Shown piece after piece: positions 46,573 through 50,347 of a stretch of 50,347 nucleotides of DNA (its first letter is position 1; every line of letters starts with the position of its first letter). The position numbers were made by a program, and so were the translations under genes. Below the pieces are notes generated by a model. The model worked only from the letters and a program-made list of their open reading frames with translations, ran no database searches and was not told where the DNA came from. The DNA is from an uncultured Erysipelotrichaceae bacterium (GTDB lineage: Bacteria; Bacillota_I; Bacilli_A; RFN20; CAG-826), in the NCBI GenBank assembly GCA_902803285.1, contig CADCPC010000061.1, positions 1-50,347 on the forward strand, read 5' to 3'.

Positions 46573-47828
46573 TATTTTCTCTCCTTAATACTGACAGTGA
46601 TTTCACCACTTTCAATCTTCGCAAGTTGAGCTTGGTTGAGTTTAAGCATAACCATTTCACTTGGGATTAAAACTGGTCTAACAAATTTAGCGATTTCATT
46701 ACCGTTATCTTCGAAAGTAACAAAGACATTTTGAATTGGTCTTCTTACTCTGAATTTAAATGTGATGGAATCAGCATTTTTGTTTGTAATAGTTTGTGGA
46801 ATTACATAAGAAATTCCATCTCCAGGTTTGACTAAGATTGTTGTGTTCTTTTCTACTAAACCCTTGATATATTTTGCAGCACCTTTACCGGCATCTCTAC
46901 CTTCATCAGTCACGAAGTCAACAACATCGTGAACGTGTAAACAGTTACCACATGCAAAGACACCAGGAATAGAAGTTTCAAAGTAATCATTAACTTTTGC
47001 GCCTCTAGTAGAACTCATCTCTGCTTTAATCTTATCTAACAAGGAGACATATGGGATTAAACCGATAGAAAGTAAGAGTGTATCACATTCAAATTCCATC
47101 TCGGTTCCAGGGATGAATTTCATCTTATCATCAACTGCAGATAAGATAACTTTTTCTACCCTACCATGCTTGCCTACTACCTTGCTAACACTTCTAGAGA
47201 GATAGAGAGGAATATCATAATCGGTTAAGCACTGTGCGATGTTACGATTTAAACCATTTGAATAAGGCATAATCTCACTGACACATAATACTTTTGCGCC
47301 TTCTAATGTCATTCTTCTAGCCATGATGAGTCCAATATCACCACTACCAAGAATAACGATACGTTTTCCCGCTAAGAAACCATGGATGTTCAAATATTTT
47401 TGAGCAGTACCAGCAGTAATAATACCAGCGCAACGATCACCAGGGATTTGAATTGCACCTGCTCCTCTTTCATAACAACCAGTTGCAAAGACGATGGCTT
47501 TAGCTTGTAATGAAACAACACCATCTTCTGCGTTACTATAAGTAACGACTTTATCTTTTGTGACATCAAGAACTAATGCGTCACAACGATATTCAATACC
47601 AAGTTCTTCAACTTGTTTAACGAATCTTTGTAAATATTCTGGTCCAGTTAATTCTTCTTTGAATTCTGTTAAACCGAAACCATTATGAATACATTGATTT
47701 AAGATGCCGCCGAGCACACTATCCTTTTCAAGGATAAGGATATCGTCAACACCATTCTTTTTGGCTTCAATTGCCGCGGCCATTCCAGCACTTCCACCAC
47801 CAATAATTACTAAATCTTTATTAAGCAT
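46572..47828 (-). CDS. NAD(P)/FAD-dependent pyridine-nucleotide-disulfide-type oxidoreductase
   Basis: 418 aa. Two dinucleotide-binding motifs (IIGGGSAGMAAA and ILGSGDIGL). Confidence 0.8.
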   Translation of the reverse strand: MLNKDLVIIGGGSAGMAAAIEAKKNGVDDILILEKDSVLGGILNQCIHNGFGLTEFKEELTGPEYLQRFVKQVEELGIEYRCDALVLDVTKDKVVTYSNAEDGVVSLQAKAIVFATGCYERGAGAIQIPGDRCAGIITAGTAQKYLNIHGFLAGKRIVILGSGDIGLIMARRMTLEGAKVLCVSEIMPYSNGLNRNIAQCLTDYDIPLYLSRSVSKVVGKHGRVEKVILSAVDDKMKFIPGTEMEFECDTLLLSIGLIPYVSLLDKIKAEMSSTRGAKVNDYFETSIPGVFACGNCLHVHDVVDFVTDEGRDAGKGAAKYIKGLVEKNTTILVKPGDGISYVIPQTITNKNADSITFKFRVRRPIQNVFVTFEDNGNEIAKFVRPVLIPSEMVMLKLNQAQLAKIESGEITVSIKERK

Positions 47829-49254
47829 GTTTAACTTCCTCTAATAAGATTTCACTACCATCTTTATCCCATTTAACTTCTGTTGGGTTGATGCCATAGT
47901 GTTTAGCAATAATTAAAGTGACATAAGGTGAACAGAAACCACCTTGGCACTTACCAAAACCTGCTCTCACTCTCTTCTTGACCGCTTTTACTGTATGAGG
48001 TGGAACACTACGTGCAAATAAATCATTAATTTCTCCAAGTGAAACTTTTTCACAAGAACAAATGATTTTGCCGTATTCTGGATTTTCTTTAATTAATTCT
48101 TCTCTCGCTTTATTATCTAACTCATTGAGTTTTGCGTATTTTTTAATGCAAGGATTGAATGATTTTTTAGCTTCTAAATTCAATAATTTAGAGACTATTT
48201 CGTCAACTACATATTCCGCAATCGCTGGAGCAGAAACTAAACCTGGAGATTCAATTCCTGCAACATTGATAAAGTTTGGATTAACTTTACTAGATTCAAT
48301 AATAAAATCATGACGTGATGTTGTAGGTCTAATTCCAGAGAACACTCTAATAACTTGATTGAATGGAATGCTTGGAATTAAATCTGTAGCTTGTCTTCTA
48401 ACATCACCAAGAGTTGGTCCATCAGTAGAGAAGTCTTCAGTATCATCTACTAGTTCACTACTTGGTCCAACAATGTAGTTATTGCTACTTGTTAAAGAGA
48501 CAAGAACACCTTTACCTTTTTCGCTAGGTAATGGGAAAATGACATGATTTACTAAACCGAGATCATAATGGTCTAAAACGAAATATTCACCTTTTCTTGG
48601 TGTGAGATGCCAATCGACATCTTCAACCATTCTTGCAATCTTTTCACATCCTAATCCAGCCGCGTTAATAACGACTTTGCTTTCGTAAGACGCTTTATTT
48701 GTTTTGACAACAAAATGATTTTTAAGGTCTTTAATATCAATTACTTCTTCATCTAAATGAAGTACTACGCCATTATCGACAGCGTTTTCGACAGCGTGAG
48801 CTACTAAATTAAATGGATCGACTATGCCTGCTGTTGGGGCTAATAGTCCTCCAAGTGCGTTTGGGGAAACATTTGGTTCTAAATCCCTCAATTCTTCTTT
48901 TGAAAGAATACGAGCTTCAACGCCATTTTCGTGGCTCCTCTCCAATAAGCCTTTAAGCATATCTAATTGAGCTTCGCTAGTTGCGACTGTAATGGAACCA
49001 ATGCGATAGAAATGGACATCTAATTCATCAGAGATTTGATCAAACATCTTATTTCCAAGGACATTAAATTTTGCTTTTAACGATCCCGGAACTGGGTCAT
49101 AACCACTGTGAACGATGGCGCTGTTTGCATTACTAGTAACATTACCAACATCGTTTTCACGATCAATTAGTAAAACGTTGAGATTAAATCTCGCTAGTTT
49201 TCGGGAGATGAACGCTCCTGTAACACCTGCACCTATAACAACTATATCGTACAT
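47821..49254 (-). CDS. FAD-dependent glycerol-3-phosphate dehydrogenase/oxidase-like oxidoreductase with BFD-like [2Fe-2S] domain
   Basis: 477 aa. VVIGAGVTGAF FAD motif. C-terminal CSCEKVSLGEI...CQGGFC cluster. Confidence 0.75.
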   Translation of the reverse strand: MYDIVVIGAGVTGAFISRKLARFNLNVLLIDRENDVGNVTSNANSAIVHSGYDPVPGSLKAKFNVLGNKMFDQISDELDVHFYRIGSITVATSEAQLDMLKGLLERSHENGVEARILSKEELRDLEPNVSPNALGGLLAPTAGIVDPFNLVAHAVENAVDNGVVLHLDEEVIDIKDLKNHFVVKTNKASYESKVVINAAGLGCEKIARMVEDVDWHLTPRKGEYFVLDHYDLGLVNHVIFPLPSEKGKGVLVSLTSSNNYIVGPSSELVDDTEDFSTDGPTLGDVRRQATDLIPSIPFNQVIRVFSGIRPTTSRHDFIIESSKVNPNFINVAGIESPGLVSAPAIAEYVVDEIVSKLLNLEAKKSFNPCIKKYAKLNELDNKAREELIKENPEYGKIICSCEKVSLGEINDLFARSVPPHTVKAVKKRVRAGFGKCQGGFCSPYVTLIIAKHYGINPTEVKWDKDGSEILLEEVKHA

Positions 49255-49267
49255 ACTAATATGATAA

Positions 49268-49292
49268 TAAAAAACCCTCGCATTTGCGAGAG
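49268..49292 (-). terminator. Intrinsic terminator after pnp
   Basis: Minus strand CTCTCGC-AAAT-GCGAGGG followed by TTTTTTATT. Confidence 0.8.
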
Positions 49293-49310
49293 TTTAATAT
49301 GCTATATTAG

Positions 49311-50347
49311 CTATTTTTTAAATTTTCTTGGTCCTTTTACAGATTTATCTGGGCGATTATGATGCTCAAGTCTTCTTTCTTCAGTTTCAAATACGCCTTC
49401 AGGTTTTTCCATAAATTCTTTAGCGGAAACCTTGACTTTACCGTGGTCATCAATTTCGATAACTTTTACTTTGAGTTTGTCACCAACTTTGACGACATCA
49501 CTTGCTTTAGAGACATAACCCCAACCAAGTCTAGAGACATGGCATAAGCCTTCGACATTACCGAATAATTTAACGAATGCACCATAGTCTTCAACTCTAG
49601 TGACTTCACCTTCGAATTCTTCGCCAACTTTAGCTTCTCTAACGATATCTAAGATAATGTTTTTAGCCTTGTTGATGACTTCTCTATCCATATGGTAAAG
49701 AGTGACTTGTCCGTTATCTTCAATGTCAATTTTGACATTGTCGCAATTAGCGATGATTTCATTAATGACTTTACCGCCAGTACCAATAACATCTCTAATC
49801 TTATCGACATCAATGAAGAATGTATCCATTTTTGGAGCATATTTGCCGACATCTGGACGAGGTGCTGAGATAGCAGTTTTCATCACTTCTCTAATCTTTG
49901 CTCTTGCAACGTTAGCTTGAGCTAAAGCTTCACGTAAAACTTCTTTTGTAACACCTTTGATTTTGATATCCATTTGTAAGGCTGTGATACCTTTTTCAGT
50001 ACCAGCAACTTTGAAGTCCATATCACCGAAGTGATCTTCTAAACCTTGGATATCAGTAAGAATTGTATATGGATGTTTTCCATCTAATGGTCCACTACTG
50101 ATTAAACCCATAGCGATACCACTAACAATACCTTTAATTGGAACACCAGCTGCCATCAAGGACATACATGATGCACAGATACTTGCTTGAGAAGATGAAC
50201 CATTAGATTCAACAACTTCTGCAACAGTTCTAATTGTGTATGGGAATTCTTCTGCGCTAGGAATGACATATGATAATGCTCTTTCTCCTAATGCGCCGTG
50301 ACCGATTTCTCTTCTTCCTGGGGAGCGCATTCTACCAACTTCACCAA
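49311..50347 (-). CDS. pnp: Polyribonucleotide nucleotidyltransferase (PNPase), C-terminal part (gene continues beyond the right edge)
   Basis: Second RNase PH domain ([13 protein letters not shown]), KH ([10 protein letters not shown]) and S1 ([15 protein letters not shown]) domains. The frame stays open to position 50347, so Met 50330 is internal. Confidence 0.95.
   Translation of the reverse strand, partial: GEVGRMRSPGRREIGHGALGERALSYVIPSAEEFPYTIRTVAEVVESNGSSSQASICASCMSLMAAGVPIKGIVSGIAMGLISSGPLDGKHPYTILTDIQGLEDHFGDMDFKVAGTEKGITALQMDIKIKGVTKEVLREALAQANVARAKIREVMKTAISAPRPDVGKYAPKMDTFFIDVDKIRDVIGTGGKVINEIIANCDNVKIDIEDNGQVTLYHMDREVINKAKNIILDIVREAKVGEEFEGEVTRVEDYGAFVKLFGNVEGLCHVSRLGWGYVSKASDVVKVGDKLKVKVIEIDDHGKVKVSAKEFMEKPEGVFETEERRLEHHNRPDKSVKGPRKFKK

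Noticed and set aside
50328-50330. Met at 50330 as the pnp start codon
   Set aside because: The reading frame is open to the window edge, and the sequence corresponds to the middle of PNPase (second RNase PH domain). The gene is truncated by the window.

Overview
Low-GC (roughly one-third G+C by eye), tightly packed bacterial chromosome segment. It looks Bacillota/Mollicutes-like and the standard genetic code suffices. I call 49 protein genes, 41 of them on the minus strand, many joined by TAATG or 4-8 nt overlaps. I saw no rRNA, tRNA, CRISPR array, transposase, integrase or phage genes.

The left 22.7 kb follows the Bacillus-type housekeeping order: comEA-comEC-holA / rpsT / lepA-hemW-hrcA-grpE-dnaK-dnaJ / ybeY-cdd-era-recO. 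The rest holds:
- greA, a split chromate-transporter pair, and alaS (with a T-box leader)-ruvX-DUF1292
- an O2/NO-detoxification operon (flavodoxin, four-domain flavodiiron protein, rubredoxin)
- a GNAT gene, an XdhC-like gene plus membrane protein, a lipoprotein, and HIT, mnmA, dtd, pdp, a HAD hydrolase and an RsmB/F-type methyltransferase
- an ftsK-pullulanase-plsC block, an RNase J homologue, a three-gene FAD-oxidoreductase/DUF1667 cluster, and the 3' part of pnp

Regulatory elements readable in the sequence are two CIRCE operators bracketing a consensus hrcA promoter, an Ala T-box riboswitch, and about ten intrinsic terminators.

No obvious self-contained novel system (defence island, CRISPR, toxin cluster) is visible. 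The most unusual content is four lineage-specific insertions in the conserved backbone:
- a Fic-like protein with a degenerate active-site motif, paired with a small membrane protein
- a C39 peptidase-transmembrane protein with no ATPase domain
- a RecB-like-nuclease/XPD-DinG helicase fusion coupled to fmt
- a stand-alone adenylation-carrier didomain protein

Other points worth a second look:
- an RNase J homologue that has lost two metal ligands
- a 20-nt element shared by two distant 5' regions
- a greA terminator whose 3' arm is the comEA Shine-Dalgarno sequence
- a recurring -10-box-next-to-ATG, no-SD (leaderless-like) arrangement at seven operon-first genes

All functional calls rest on motif reading by eye. 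No database search was run.
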